This document shows, one piece after another, positions 46,148 to 58,947 of a stretch of DNA of 64,000 bases (the stretch's first letter is position 1; every line of letters begins with the position of its first letter). Under the pieces are notes generated by a model. It did no database searches, was not told the origin of the DNA, and saw only the letters and a program-made list of their open reading frames with translations. A program made the position numbers and the translations under genes. This stretch comes from Octopus sinensis. Taxonomy: Eukaryota. Location: positions 8,680,001 to 8,744,000 of the forward strand of contig NC_043009.1 of assembly GCF_006345805.1 (NCBI RefSeq), written 5' to 3'.

Positions 46148-46678
46148 TTTTACTTCTTTCAGTCATTTGACTGTGGCCATGCTGGAGCACCGCCTTTAGT
46201 CGAGCAAATCGACCCCAGGACTTATTCCTTGGAAGCCTAGTACTTACTCTATTGGTCTCTTTTGCCAAACTGCTAAGTTACGGGGACGTAAATACACCAG
46301 CATTTGTTGTCAAGCAATGTTGGGAGGCAAGCATACATACATACATACATACATACATACATACATACATACATGCATGTATGTGCATGCATGCATGCAT
46401 GTATGTGCATGTATGTGCATGCATGCATGCATGTATATGCATGCATGCATGTATGTGCATGCATGCATGCATGTATGTACATGCATACATGCATGCATGC
46501 ATGTATGTACATGCATACATACATACATACATGTATGTATATATATTTATATTTATATACAACAGGCTTCTTTCAGTTTCCATCTACCAAATCCACTCAC
46601 AAGGCTTTGGTCAGCCCGAGGCTATAGTAGAAGACCTTTGCCCAAGGTGCAAGCTTTTCACTACACAGCCACTCCTGA
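46148..46678 (-). mobile_element. SINE family A with expanded internal (CATA)n/(CATG)n tract
   Basis: Family A halves separated by about 230 bp of catac/atgcatgc repeats (about 46331-46560). Confidence 0.8.
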
Positions 46679-47452
46679 GCCTATATATATATATATGATA
46701 TGATATGATATGATATGATATGATATGATAAAATATCATGTAATATCTGAAGAAATGGGTATGGTTTTAGTATTGATATGTTAACCCTTATGACTCTGGA
46801 GATGGCAATTTGATATTAGAAATGAGCAGCAAAATGACAGGAATCAAGCCATATTTCTCTCATTTTCCAAAGGTACTTACCTACTAGAAATAACTGCTAA
46901 ATAACCTGCAAACAATATCTTATTGTCTTAAAAAGCAAAGGACATATTGAATAATGTAGATGAGATGGTCACTACTGGAATGTTTTTATCATGGGTCTGC
47001 TCAGTCATGGCAGAATTGGGACTAAACATTAGGAAGAACAATAACCAATTAGCCCATATTAATTGCATTGATTTTCCTCTCGCAAAGACTCCACCCTCTT
47101 GAAAGCATTCATGTCAACAAGTCTTTAGTATGACAATAAATTTTTTTTTCCTCTGCTCAACTCTTTAACATTCAGATTACTCTGTCAAATGTAATGCTTA
47201 GTTACTCACTTTGTTTTGGATTAATCTTGCATTATCTCATAGCAATGAGATTTTGATGATTTGATTGTTTACTTTTGGGATTACACTGTAGGGTAGGTGT
47301 GAGAGGCCAGATCTAGTTTCTTTGAACTGGTAGAATATTTTATCAGATATGGCCTGTTTAAAAGCTAAAAACCTGTCATTTACCATTATCTGAAAAAGAA
47401 GCACTCTCTAAAGAATATAGCAGTAATGTATTTACATGCAGTTAAATATATG

Positions 47453-47644
47453 TCTGGTCATAGAGTGACCAATAGTTTTGCATCCATAAAGCACTTAGCT
47501 TTATGGACAACTCATCAGGCTCTAATGGCAGAGGGCATAGATCTGGTCATAGATCTGGTCATATTTTTGATCATGCCCTCCATCATTAGAGTCTGATGTT
47601 AAGCACTTCATGGATGCAAAACTATTGGTCACTCTATGACCAGA
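47453..47644. mobile_element. Fold-back (palindromic) repeat element
   Basis: Arms start tctggtcatagagtgaccaatagtttt and pair over most of the element; a single-arm relative lies at about 37945-38023. Confidence 0.65.
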
Positions 47645-47775
47645 TATATGTATATATATATAGATATGTATATAGATATAGATATATATATAGATATAGA
47701 TATATATATAGATATAGATATGTATATAGATATAGATATATATAGAGAGAGATATTTATATATATATATATATAT

Positions 47776-47822
<47 letters not shown>

Positions 47823-47865
47823 TAGATAGATAGATATATAGGGGAAATAGAAAATGAAGACAGAT

Positions 47866-47985
47866 GCTCAAGATGTTATTAAATCATTTATATCTTCATA
47901 TCTTCTACACACGTTTCAATGGATGCATTCAAAATACATCCGACAAGAGATCTGAAGATATAAACCATTTAATAACATCTTAAGC
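47866..47985. repeat. Inverted repeat with about 38-bp arms
   Basis: gctcaagatgttattaaatcattttatatcttca vs tgaagatataaaccatttaataacatcttaagc. Confidence 0.75.
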
Positions 47986-48955
47986 GTTTGTCTCCATTTT
48001 CTATTCTGCCTGTTTTTCTTCTAAATACGTCTTGCTTGTCCCTGGATTCAAATCCCATGCAAGTGTGTCCATTTTTACCTAGGACACTTAAGCAACATTT
48101 AGCTACCTTGGAATTATTCCCTTGGCTCCTCCCTATATATTATATATATATATATATATATAGTACTGTAAAACAGTCTGAGATAAACAGTTAAATTGTC
48201 CCACTATTTAGTGATGACCAACACAAATGACTACAATACTGGAGGTCATTGCTGCAAAAGGATAGCATCACTTGAGCTGCAAATCTAGTATCTGAAGAAC
48301 CTTAAGAAAGCAAAACTACAAGCAAGAAAGAATACAGTATATATGATTCTGATTTGAAGAAAGGACAGAGGAGAATAATTCAGTGTATTGGACAGTGATT
48401 CTTCATTATGAAGAAAAAAGGAGAGAAGTAAAAGTGGGAGAAATGGTGTTGGTTATAGTGATGGCAAGATGGTGATTGAAATGGGTAACCTGGTGTTTTG
48501 CAGCCAAAAGAGAGACAGCAAAGGGAGGTAAGTAAGAAGTAGAAGAATAACCTTAAAAGATTGTGAGGATTTATGCATGTGTAAGTGTGTGTATGTTTAC
48601 ATGTTTATTGGTGTTTAGAACAAAGCATAATAATGTGTGTAGTAGATGAGTAGTGTCTACGATGGAGAAACATGATTGAGAACACCACCATAAGCCATGA
48701 GATGCAGGGAGGTGTAGCCTAGGTAACTGAAGTGACCAGCTACAGGTTAGTGATCCAGTTTGTGTTGGACACCCTTGAATGATCTGCCAAATGTTAGGTG
48801 CTCCCTTAAATGATCTGTTATTTGCCAAAACCATTCTCTCCGAGCTGCAGAGTTGGCATTTCATGCAGTAGATTATGTCTTTGTAGTTACAGGTGAAACA
48901 GCATTATGGAAGAAAGAGGTACGTTTAAATCGTGTAATGGTATTCTGGATGAAGG

Positions 48956-49186
48956 ACGGTGAGCTGGCAGAAACGATAGCACGCCGGGCGAAATGCGTAG
49001 CCGTATTTTGTCTGCTGTTACGTTCTGAGTTCAAATTCCGCCGAGGTCGACTTTGCCTTTCATCCTTTCAGGGGTCGATAAATTAAAGACCAGTTATGCA
49101 CTGGGGTTGATATAATTGACTTAATCTGTCTGTCTGTCCTTGTTTGTCTCCTCTGTGTTTAGTCCCTTGTGGGTAGTAAAGAAATA
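48956..49186 (+). mobile_element. SINE family B
   Basis: 17-bp TSD ggtattctggatgaagg (48939-48955 and 49187-49203). Confidence 0.88.
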
Positions 49187-49418
49187 GGTATTCTGGATGA
49201 AGGGACAAGAATTGTCATTGCAACTGCAGCAGGCAAAGGATTCTGGTTAAGTTTGGCAAAAACTGAAGGAACTATGGACTAGAAGGTCATGCAGATAGTA
49301 GTAGTCACATCTGATGAAAGGGAGGAGTGTTTAGGAAGATGTGAGAAGAGACAGAAATTCTACAAGATTGTGTGCTGGGGAGTTCAGGTGTTAAATAATA
49401 GACAAAGGGAAAAAGAAT

Positions 49419-49816
49419 GCAGCTAGTAACCTGGACGTTATCAAAGAAGCTTGAGAGGCGGTTGGATGGAACTTACACTCACCTCCTTATGAGAGCTCAA
49501 AATCTCTCGTGGAAGCGTCATCCAACCAAAATACAAATATATGGGAAATTACCACCTATATCATCTCTTGTGAAAGGTAGAAGAGTCCAGTTTGCTGGAC
49601 ATTGTTGTAGAGCTGAAAACGAGGTAATTTCTACTCTTCTCCTCTGGAAGCCATCTGCTCGCGATACCAGAGGGCGCACACTCTCCTACCCTGATGTAAT
49701 CTCCAGGGATACAGGCATCCAGCAACAGGACCTCCATAATGCTATGATGGACCGTAAAGTCTGGCGTAACAGTAAATTCTATTGTCTCGACCTCGGTCGA
49801 ACAATGATGATGATGA
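49419..49816 (+). mobile_element. 3' end of a non-LTR retrotransposon (RTE/RTEX-like)
   Basis: WTLSKKLERRLDGTYTHLLMRAQNLSW...RRVQFAGHCCR...MDRKVW followed by a (TGA)n tail. Confidence 0.8.
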
Positions 49817-52800
49817 GTGGTGAGTTGAATTTGAGGTAGGAGGGTAGGAGTACAATGAATAGTTCAAACATGATGGTGGTCAGTATCATAGTACACCATG
49901 TGATACAAGTGTTAATCAAAATTGGAATCTTGGCTAAAGAGGCAGCAGGAACATAGAAATTGTTAGAAGGGGATAGTAGATTTAGTCAGAGTAAGAGTTA
50001 ATAGTCAATGGTTTGTAAAGATGAAAGTGGAAAGGCTGGAATGATTAATAAAGATAGGGATGTGCAGAAAGTTAGGAGATGGTGATTGGAGTTGATAAAA
50101 GCAATGAAGATGTAGAGCTGTCCTCATTCTGCGGTCACTCTTTTGACTGTAAAACACCAATCTACTTCTGCCAAATGCATTTCTATTTTTCTATTCATCA
50201 AAATGCTTTTGCCTATAAACAATACTGCTTTTCATATCACATTTCTTTGTCTATTTCCTATTTTTCATTCCCTTCAAAGGGTCACTGTCCCAAAACTTTT
50301 GACATATTTTCCTCTGTTCTTTCTTCACTGTAAAATTATATATTTTCTACACTTGTTTGGTATTTTGTTGTTTTTTAGTCTTTCTTGAGACTCTTTGCCT
50401 ATTCCATTACTTTGCTGATGCAGACCACCCACATTACCACTACAAGTCTAATTTTGTCAGTTATTATCATGCTGTAAATTCTTGTAACAAGATTACAACT
50501 TACATACCCCATAAATAAAACTGCATGTTCCCTGTTTGATCTTTTATCAATTTAGATTTAAAAATTCTCTCCCTTACCTTTCTTGACAAGAATTGTCATT
50601 TATGCTACTGATTTCTCTTCTTATGTCAAGTGTAATTTCAAATGATTAAAATTGAAATAAGACTATTATGTTAATTATATGTGCAGAAGCAGCATCCCTA
50701 AACATTTAGTTAACTTACCCACACTCTCTCTTTCACACAGACAAATACTTACACATTCATTACAAGACTGACAACACCATTTAACGATAAAGCCAAGCCC
50801 TGTATTGTAAATCCTAAAATAAATGATATTTCAATGCCTGAGACTTAGAGAGTATGCTTTAGTTATTGTACTCTTAAATATTTCGGGTCAAACTACAGGG
50901 TGAGGATTTTGTAGCTACACTCTACATGGTGGCACGTAAAAAGCATGTAAAAATCACCCACTACACTCATGAAGTGGTTGGTGTTAGGAAGGGCATCCAG
51001 CTGTAGAAACACTGCCAGATCAGACTGGAGCCTGGTGCAGCCTCCTGGCTTCCCAGACCCCGGTCAAACCATCCAACCCATGCTAGCATGGAGAACGGAC
51101 GTTAAACGATGATGATGACTCTATGGGAGGATGTATTTATTTTAGAACTACCAACAAAACACTCATTTTACAGTACTACTGCTTAGAGTAATAAGCTATA
51201 TCTCTCCCCAGTGGTATTTTCTTACAGCTGAGTGGTCACAGACTGGTTGGAGTTTAATATTTTGGCCATAAACAAAGTACAGTTAGATACTAGCAGAACA
51301 GAAAGTATTAAACCGTTTGCCATCTGCATCTTTAAGGCCAACCAAAATGTCGTAAGTTATGACGACACATGTGCCAGTTGATCCAATCAGTGGAACTGTC
51401 TGCTCGTGAAATTAATGTGAAAGTGGCTCAGCACTCCAGAAACATATATACCCTTAATGTAGTTCTCAGGGAGATACAGCATGACATAAAATATGACGAG
51501 GCTGGCCCTTTAAATTACAGGTACAATTTATTTTTGCCAACTCAGTGGACTGGAACAACATGTAAAAAAGCGTTTTGCTCAATGACACAATACACTGCCT
51601 GGAATTGAACTCATGACCATATGATTGAGAGCCAAATACACTAACCACTACACCACCTAATTCTCACACTGTATCTGACAATAAATCCTATCAGCTTAAC
51701 CCTTTAGTATTCAGATTATTAACTTAAATTTAATGCTTATTTATCCACATTGTTCTGAATTAATCATGCAATTATCTAATAGCATTGAGATTTTGATGAT
51801 AAGGTAGTTTATTTCTAGAATGACATTGTAGGATAATTATGAGAGGTCAGAGCTTGCCAATTTGAACATAAATTGAACAGGTCAGCTATTTGGGCCAGAT
51901 ACGACCTGTTTAAATGGTAAAACAAATCTGAAAGTTCTTTGTCCATTTTCATAAAACGTAGAAAAGGCTTTTGTTCTTTTGTCCCTTTTTTTTTCTTCCA
52001 CTTTATGACTCTTTCCTCTTGTAATTCCATATTTCCAATTGTTATTTTTTTTTAAGTTGACACCTAGTATGTACCACCTTTTTTTTGGTTTGCATAACAA
52101 TCTGGATATTCCACCTCTGCCCTTCTTTCCACAGGTTTTTGTCTCATAGCGCTGGATAAATCTTGTAGGTTTTTCTTTTGGTTTTTTTTTACATCCACTT
52201 TTTCAAATTCTAATCTTAATTTTTTTTTTTTATCTTTATTGTGATTACTTAGTTTACTTATTTTGTTTTTAGTGATATCATTTATTAAATTACATGCTGT
52301 ATCAAAAGCTTGGCATATTTGATTTTATAGTTAAGCAAAATAGTCTGCTCTACTAGTTTAATATAGCAAATCTGATTGCATTTGAATCTTGAATGAAAAT
52401 TTACTAAAGGTTTTATCTATTTTGCATTTTTTTTTAACTATTTATCATAATCATTATCAACATCATCATAATCATCATTATTATTATTATTGTTATTATT
52501 ACTATTATTATTATTATTACATTGGAACTTTTTTTTTTCTTGTATTTAACTTTAAATTCTATATTCTAATTTGGAAATGTTTGGTTAATTGCTTTTCAAT
52601 TTGGAACGGTTATACATTATGTAAATATTTATTTAGTAAAAAAAAAAACATTCATACTTTAAATATCATTATTGGTTATTACCAAGTTAACATGAGAATG
52701 TCTTCTTTTTATCCTTTAATTCACAAAGAAAGGGGATATTTTATAACTTTAATATAAAACATGTTAAACAGGTATAAAACATATCTTTTAATTACATTAA

Positions 52801-53575
52801 ACTCTTATCCTTCCATCCAGTAACTATATATAACTTTGTAGGATAATTGTCTCTTTCTCTTAAAAATGTGAAATTATGATTGCTTTGAGAATATTTACAG
52901 AATCACAGTTTGCTATTTGCTGCTTTCTTACTTTTGAGAAAAACAGAGTATAAATGGAAATGTACTTGCATAGCAAGTGACCTGATCTGAGATTGTGTGC
53001 TGGAACGAAAACAATTGCAGCGTGGAAGGTGTTTATAAGCCATTTAAGAAACACACAAAAACCGTTAGATTCACTTAGATTCATTTAAATTTAATTTGTC
53101 AAAATATTTTCATCGCTTTGAGACTGCGACCTGTTCACTGACAAAACTCTGTGGTGCATCACATAAATGAATGAAACGGCAAGCCACTAAATATCTCTAT
53201 TTTCTGTTGAATGTCCACTAAGAGAAGTGCAATGAAGAACTATGAAGTCCATAGCTTTTCACCTCAAAAGCATTATTATATGACTGAAGGTGAAATAGTT
53301 ACCACTTCAGTTCAAAACGCAATCAAGAGTTCACCTCTTTACATGGTGCTTATTTCCACTTTGCAACACTTCATGTGCACACACTTGGTGAAGCTCATTT
53401 TCAGTCTTTTGACCTGCTAGAAATAGCAGCCAAATATTGTTTAAATTACACCCTGCCACCTTAAGTAGTTTAGGGTATGCTTAAAAAACAGGGTGGCCAT
53501 AGTTGGAACACCTTTGACTATAGATCTGCTCAACAAACTTAACAAATACACATGCAATTTAGATTTACTTTGCTT

Positions 53576-53576
<1 letters not shown>

Positions 53577-53654
<78 letters not shown>
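53577..53654. repeat. (CT)n microsatellite
   Basis: Direct inspection. Confidence 0.95.
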
Positions 53655-53657
<3 letters not shown>

Positions 53658-54352
53658 CCCATCAATCTCTCATATTTCTCTTCTATCTTTTGTTTCGGTC
53701 AGTAGACTGTGGCCATGCTGGGGCACTGCCTTGAAGAATCAACTCCAGTACTTTTGGGGTGGGAGGAGGTATTTTTAAGCCTGGTGTCACGCTGTGGTGG
53801 GACTGAACCCAGAAGCATGTGATTGGAACACATACTTCTTACCACACAGCCATGCCCGCACCCATGTATTTCTGCTCCTTATGTATTTTTCCCTCATACT
53901 TACAACTACAGTGGAATTAAGGTGACACACTTGTAAGTTGTGTGTGTGTGTGTGCAAATGATGAATATCTAGGCCAGTTATTCTGAATGCGGATAAACCT
54001 GTCCCGTCCATCCTGGAGGATTATTTGATGCATTATGGTGGAAAGCGTATCAGTGAAAGTATTACTAATTAAATGTTGGGTTTATTGTTGCCCCTTTGAA
54101 ATGTGTGGTTATTATCTTCTACATTCAGTCTGTGGTCCAGTTTACTGAATGAGGTTGTAGGATAGGGGATCACTGGAGGGGGGGGGAATAAGGTTGTTGT
54201 TGTTGTTTAATCCTGGATCAACTGTGATCGTCCAGACTAATGGTCAAAATATTGAGCATCTGATCTTTTACTTATACCAGTGACTAACTATATTGTTGAA
54301 CATGTCTATTATTTGCATTCGACGGATATTTGTCCTCATCTTGTTTGTTGTT

Positions 54353-54398
54353 AACACAACATTTCGGTTGATATACCCTCCAGCCTTCTTCAGGTGAC
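54353..54398 (-). ncRNA. Minimal type I hammerhead-ribozyme motif (inverted partner)
   Basis: Minus strand GUCAC-CUGAAGA-A-GGCUG(10 nt)CAACC-GAAA-UGUU-GUGUU. Confidence 0.6.
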
Positions 54399-54473
54399 TT
54401 GGGGAAATTTCGAACCTGGGTTCTCGTTCCTAGGGTATTTTTCAAAGAGAGCCCAGGTTCGAAATTTCCCCAA

Positions 54474-54519
54474 GACACCTGATGAAGGCTGGAGGGTATG
54501 TCAGCCGAAACATTGCGTG
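54474..54519 (+). ncRNA. Minimal type I hammerhead-ribozyme motif
   Basis: GACAC-CUGAUGA-A-GGCUG(10 nt)CAGCC-GAAA-CAUU-GCGUG; intact core, stem III mutated. Confidence 0.65.
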
Positions 54520-57500
54520 AACAACAAACAAGATGATGACAAATATCCATCAAATGTAAATAATGGACATAATTCCTCTTATCTTAAATATAGAACTGTA
54601 TGTCCATTCTTCGTTGAAGACAATTGGATTTGTTTTTTTCTTTTCCTTATAAATTAAAGATGTGGTATTAGCATATTTTGTGTGTTATTTTATTAGTTAT
54701 CTTCCTGTAACTTGAGGATATCCCTCAACACATCTTTATCTCTTTATCACCATCTCTCTTTCCCAATTGTATCTCTCTCCTCCAACAAGTCACTTGTTTC
54801 TGTCTTTTTCTATCATGTTTTAACCTTCTCATTACTAAATATAATGCTACTTTCCCCAATACTGTTCTCCACTCACTTGAGGAGCCTTGTCTTGTGAATT
54901 TCTTGGTGACCCAACTGGTGCTGGTGTTACATAAAAATAAAAGCACTCAGTATTCTCTCTGTAAAGTGGTTGGTGTTTGGAAGAACATCCAGCCATAGAT
55001 ACCGTGCCAAATAAAAACATTGGAACTTCATGTTCCCTTTTGGTTCACCAGCTCCTGTTGAACTATTCAACCCATGCCATTTTTGGAAAATGGACATTAA
55101 ATGGTTATGATGTATATATTCATTCCAAAAATGACATATTCTTTAACACTTTAGCAATCAAATTACACTATCAAATGTATTTCTTGTTTATTAACATTAT
55201 TTTGAATTAGTCATGCATTGTCTCATAGTGTTGCGGTTTCAATGATGAAATTGTACATTTTTAGAATGACATTACAGGGTAGGTGTGAGAGGCCAGACAT
55301 GGCCAGTTTAATGCTAAAGAATTAAACTTGCCTCTTCTGACTTGTTGATGCTGTTTCACTATAAGACTTTATACAATTTTCCATAAAATGTTGTTTGTAT
55401 GTTTGAGAGTAAATGAATTTATTTTTAATAAGATAATAGCAAAATAAGTTAATTATCAAACAAATTTCCCTTTATCCTATTTACATCCTCAATTCTTTAA
55501 TGTATATTATATAAATAATCCTTCATCTCAGAAATAGGTTAATATTATTATAAAGAACACCATCATCCAAATCTCCTAAAGTCTATCATAAACTAAAAAT
55601 CTGAGGTTTGTTTCTCTTTAAATACTACAGTCGTTGGGGTGGTGATGGTGGGAGTGGGGTATTGTTGGTTTTAGTTTTATGGCTTCATTTACCGTTTTTA
55701 TTCTTTATTACTTTTCATCTAATTAAGTTGTGTATGCCTGAGAGAGAGAGAGAAAAAAAGGAGACGTACACGTGTGTGTATATGTATGTATCTGTGTATA
55801 GATATATATATACACACATATGTGCATGTATATATGTGTGTATATGTATGTATGCGTACACTCACACAAGCTCTTTCTTTTCCTAAGGAAAATATACAGA
55901 TAGATATTAGACATTAGAAGCTCTAATTTCAGACCAAAAAAAAAAAAAATGGAGAAACCAATACTGTGAAAGAAATTAATCATAGCCTCCATGTAATTTT
56001 ATTCTTTTAGCAACTGTCGTCGTCATCATCTTCATTATCATCATCACCATCATCAACATATAAGGTTGCATTAAGTGACTGACGGCTTTCTTATCTATTT
56101 AGAATCCGATGTTTAGTGTTATGAGAGAAGAAATGTCATGAGAATTCTACCTGTAGACACTGTGGCAATTTCATTTAAACAAACATGTGATCTCTAAAGA
56201 ACTGCATAGAATTCAGAGATTAAAAACCAGCCAGTATTTGACAATTCACCAAACGTTCACATATGTATTTGCAGACAGTTAAATAAACTCTCAAATACAG
56301 ATATATTAAAATTCATGTGCACAGGTACCATATGCATTCACTTCTGTAATTGTGAGCCAAACAAGGAAGCCTCGACATTGAATCTGCTGCAAATAGCAGT
56401 TAAACCTTCCTCAGATGACATCTTCTCATCTAAAAAAAGAACGCATTAGATAGATGATGCAATCCCAAAAATGGCAAGATAATTTTAGCTGGAATAGCTT
56501 CTCGACCAGTTTAACCTGAGGCTAACTAAGCAACTACTTCTGTAACCCTTTCATAGCCATATTTCTAATGAAATATATCTTTTGTGCTTTTTTTTGAGCT
56601 AATTCTGAAAATAATCAAGAATTAGGACAATTTAGTTAGAAAAAACTTCCTCAATTTTCAACTGTTTTTTCAAAGGTTTTGATATAAAATTATGAACGAA
56701 TACATTAACTTAAAATTCAGAGTCTTTATAGTAAACAGTTTGGTATTGTGGAACTACACACACCCTCAGGGGTGAAATAATCACACCTGAAATATCTCTG
56801 AGCATATCACCTTAATCAGGGCTCATCGGATGTCAAATCTTACCCTTCTGTAATTCCTCGCCACCACTACTTCTCTCTAAATATAAATCTCATTTTTTTT
56901 ATGCTTCTTACCCCTACATTTTTCTAAATATATTTGCCTTTCTATACCTCCTCCCCGCTTATGAACTTAATTGCTGCTTTTCCAGAACTCACTGGTATTC
57001 AGAACTCAAAGGTATTCCAACCATGACCTTCTTGTCTTTTCAGACATAAGTGCAGGTGTGGCTATGTGAACCACATGGTTCCAGGTTCAGTCACACTGCG
57101 TAGCATCTTGGACAAGTGTCTTCTGCTATAGCCTCGGGTCGACCAAAGCCTTGTGAGTGGATGTGGTAGACAGAAACTGAAAGAAGCCTGTCATGTGTGT
57201 GTGTGTGTGTTTCTGTTTATACCCAACTACCACATGACAGCCAGTGTTGGTGTGTTTACTTCCCTGTAACTTAGCGGTTCAGCAAAAGAGACCAATTGAA
57301 TAAATATCAGGCTTGAAAATAAACTGTTGGGGGTTGATTCATTCAACTAAAAATTCTTCAAGGCAGTGCTCCAGCATGGCCAAGGTCTAATGAGTGGAAC
57401 AAGTAAAAGATAAGAGATAAGTGTTGTGATCTGTAATGAGCCCCAAAACTTGCAAAGCCAGAGCTTAGCCTCTTTTCTTTGGCTACAACACATCCCACTG

Positions 57501-57746
57501 GACAGGATGCCAGTCCATTGCAGGATTAACTTCCCAGGTATTGCTGGAACTCATTTACATCTGAGTGGACTGGAGCATCGTGAAATGAAGTATTTTGCTC
57601 AACAACACAGCACACTGCCCAATACAGGAATTGAAACCACAATCTTACAATCATGATTGCAGCACCTTATTCACCAGGCCATGCACCTTCACAAACATAA
57701 GTGTATCCAGGGTCACATTAGTCAATGTAGTTTCCTTTTTCTTTAA

Positions 57747-57946
57747 CCCTTTAGCATTTAAGCCAATCACATCTGACCCAAATTTTCTATTTTTTACATT
57801 CAAACTGGCCATATCTAGCCTCTCGCACCTAACCGGTAAAATAAACAATCCCAGCATGCAAGCCTCAAAAAGCTATAAGATACTGCATGGTTAATTCAAA
57901 ACAATTTCAATAAAAAATGCTTTAGATTAATCTGAACTCTAAAGGG
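57747..57946. mobile_element. piggyBac-type MITE, family 2
   Basis: TTAA|ccctttagca ... tctaaaggg|CTAA; internal ttcaaactggccatatc shared with the 21632 copy. Confidence 0.7.
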
Positions 57947-58898
57947 CTAAGAAGGTAGGGCGAAAATTCGTTGTTATTTCTAGCAGATTAAGTGATCTCA
58001 TCCAATTGCCTTTTGTTGGTTTACTGATAGTTATTGTTAGGTTTGAAACACTTCTAACAGCATAATATTATTTATATTCTATGTTCTTCTGTTTCATTGA
58101 AATATATTCCAATTTTTATTTATTCTGTGTTAAATCATTTTCATTATCCTTATTTTTTTCTGTCATGACACCCAGTATACTCTATTGAGTGGTTGGCATT
58201 AGGAAGGGCATCCAGCTATAGAAACCAAGCCAAAACAGACCAGGGCCCAGTGTAGCTCTCTGGCTTACCAGTTTCGGTCAAACTACTCTTGCCCATGTCA
58301 GCATGGAAAATGGACACTAAATGTGATGGTGATGAGGAGGATGATGATGATTGCAGGAATTGTTAGAATCAGGCAGATACCTTATGGTAATTGGTCTAGC
58401 TCCTTACATCCCGAGTTCAAATCCCACTGAGATCATCTCTGTCTTTCATCCTTCTCTCTGTGTGTTGGTGATGGTGGCGGGGTGGGGAATAAAATATTGT
58501 ACCAGTCAAATACTGGGGTTGATGATACTAACTACCCTCCCTTCATAAAATTCCTGGCCTCATGCCAAAATTAGAAACAGATATTATTATTATTATGGCA
58601 GCAAGCTGGCAGAATCATTAGTATGCCAGACAAAATGCCGTGGTATTTTATCACTCTCTACATTCTGAGTTCAAATTCTCCCAAGGTCATCTTTGCCTTT
58701 TATCCTTTCTGGATCAATAAAGTAACTGCTAATTGAATGCTTGGGCCTCTGTAATTGACTATCCCCACCTCCCTCAATTTTTCAAGCCATGTGTCTATAA
58801 ATAAGTAGAAAGAACTATTATTGTTGTTGTTCTTATTATTACTATTATTATTATGAAAGCATTGTTTCTTAGGCGTTTTTTTCTTTGTTTTTTTATAG

Positions 58899-58947
58899 AT
58901 TATCCGTCTCTAATACCCCGTTAGAATACCGACATGTTTGTAGCTAA
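58899..58947 (+). CDS. Tentative next or terminal exon, phase 2 (R-LSVSNTPLEYRHVCS*)
   Basis: Strong pyrimidine tract + tag acceptor and a phase-compatible short frame in a non-SINE island. No Box1 motif and no independent support. Confidence 0.15.

Larger units (their letters stand above)
54302..54570. repeat. Long inverted repeat, about 124-bp arms, 21-nt spacer
   Basis: 54302-54425 vs 54447-54570; each arm carries a hammerhead motif. Confidence 0.9.

Noticed and set aside
49860-50120. Purine-rich stretches (also about 48300-48560 and 60990-61320) as old LINE coding remnants
   Set aside because: Composition is suggestive but I found no recognisable RT or endonuclease motif.
53080-53160. 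Possible Penelope or ribozyme remnant (minus strand gtcagtgaacaggtcgcagtctcaaagcg)
   Set aside because: Neither core box is intact; the repeat identity cannot be established by eye.
56795-56832. Further hammerhead on the minus strand (CCGAUGA-GCCC...GGUGAUAUGCUC)
   Set aside because: Needs four or more corrections to restore the core and stems; cannot be supported from one copy.
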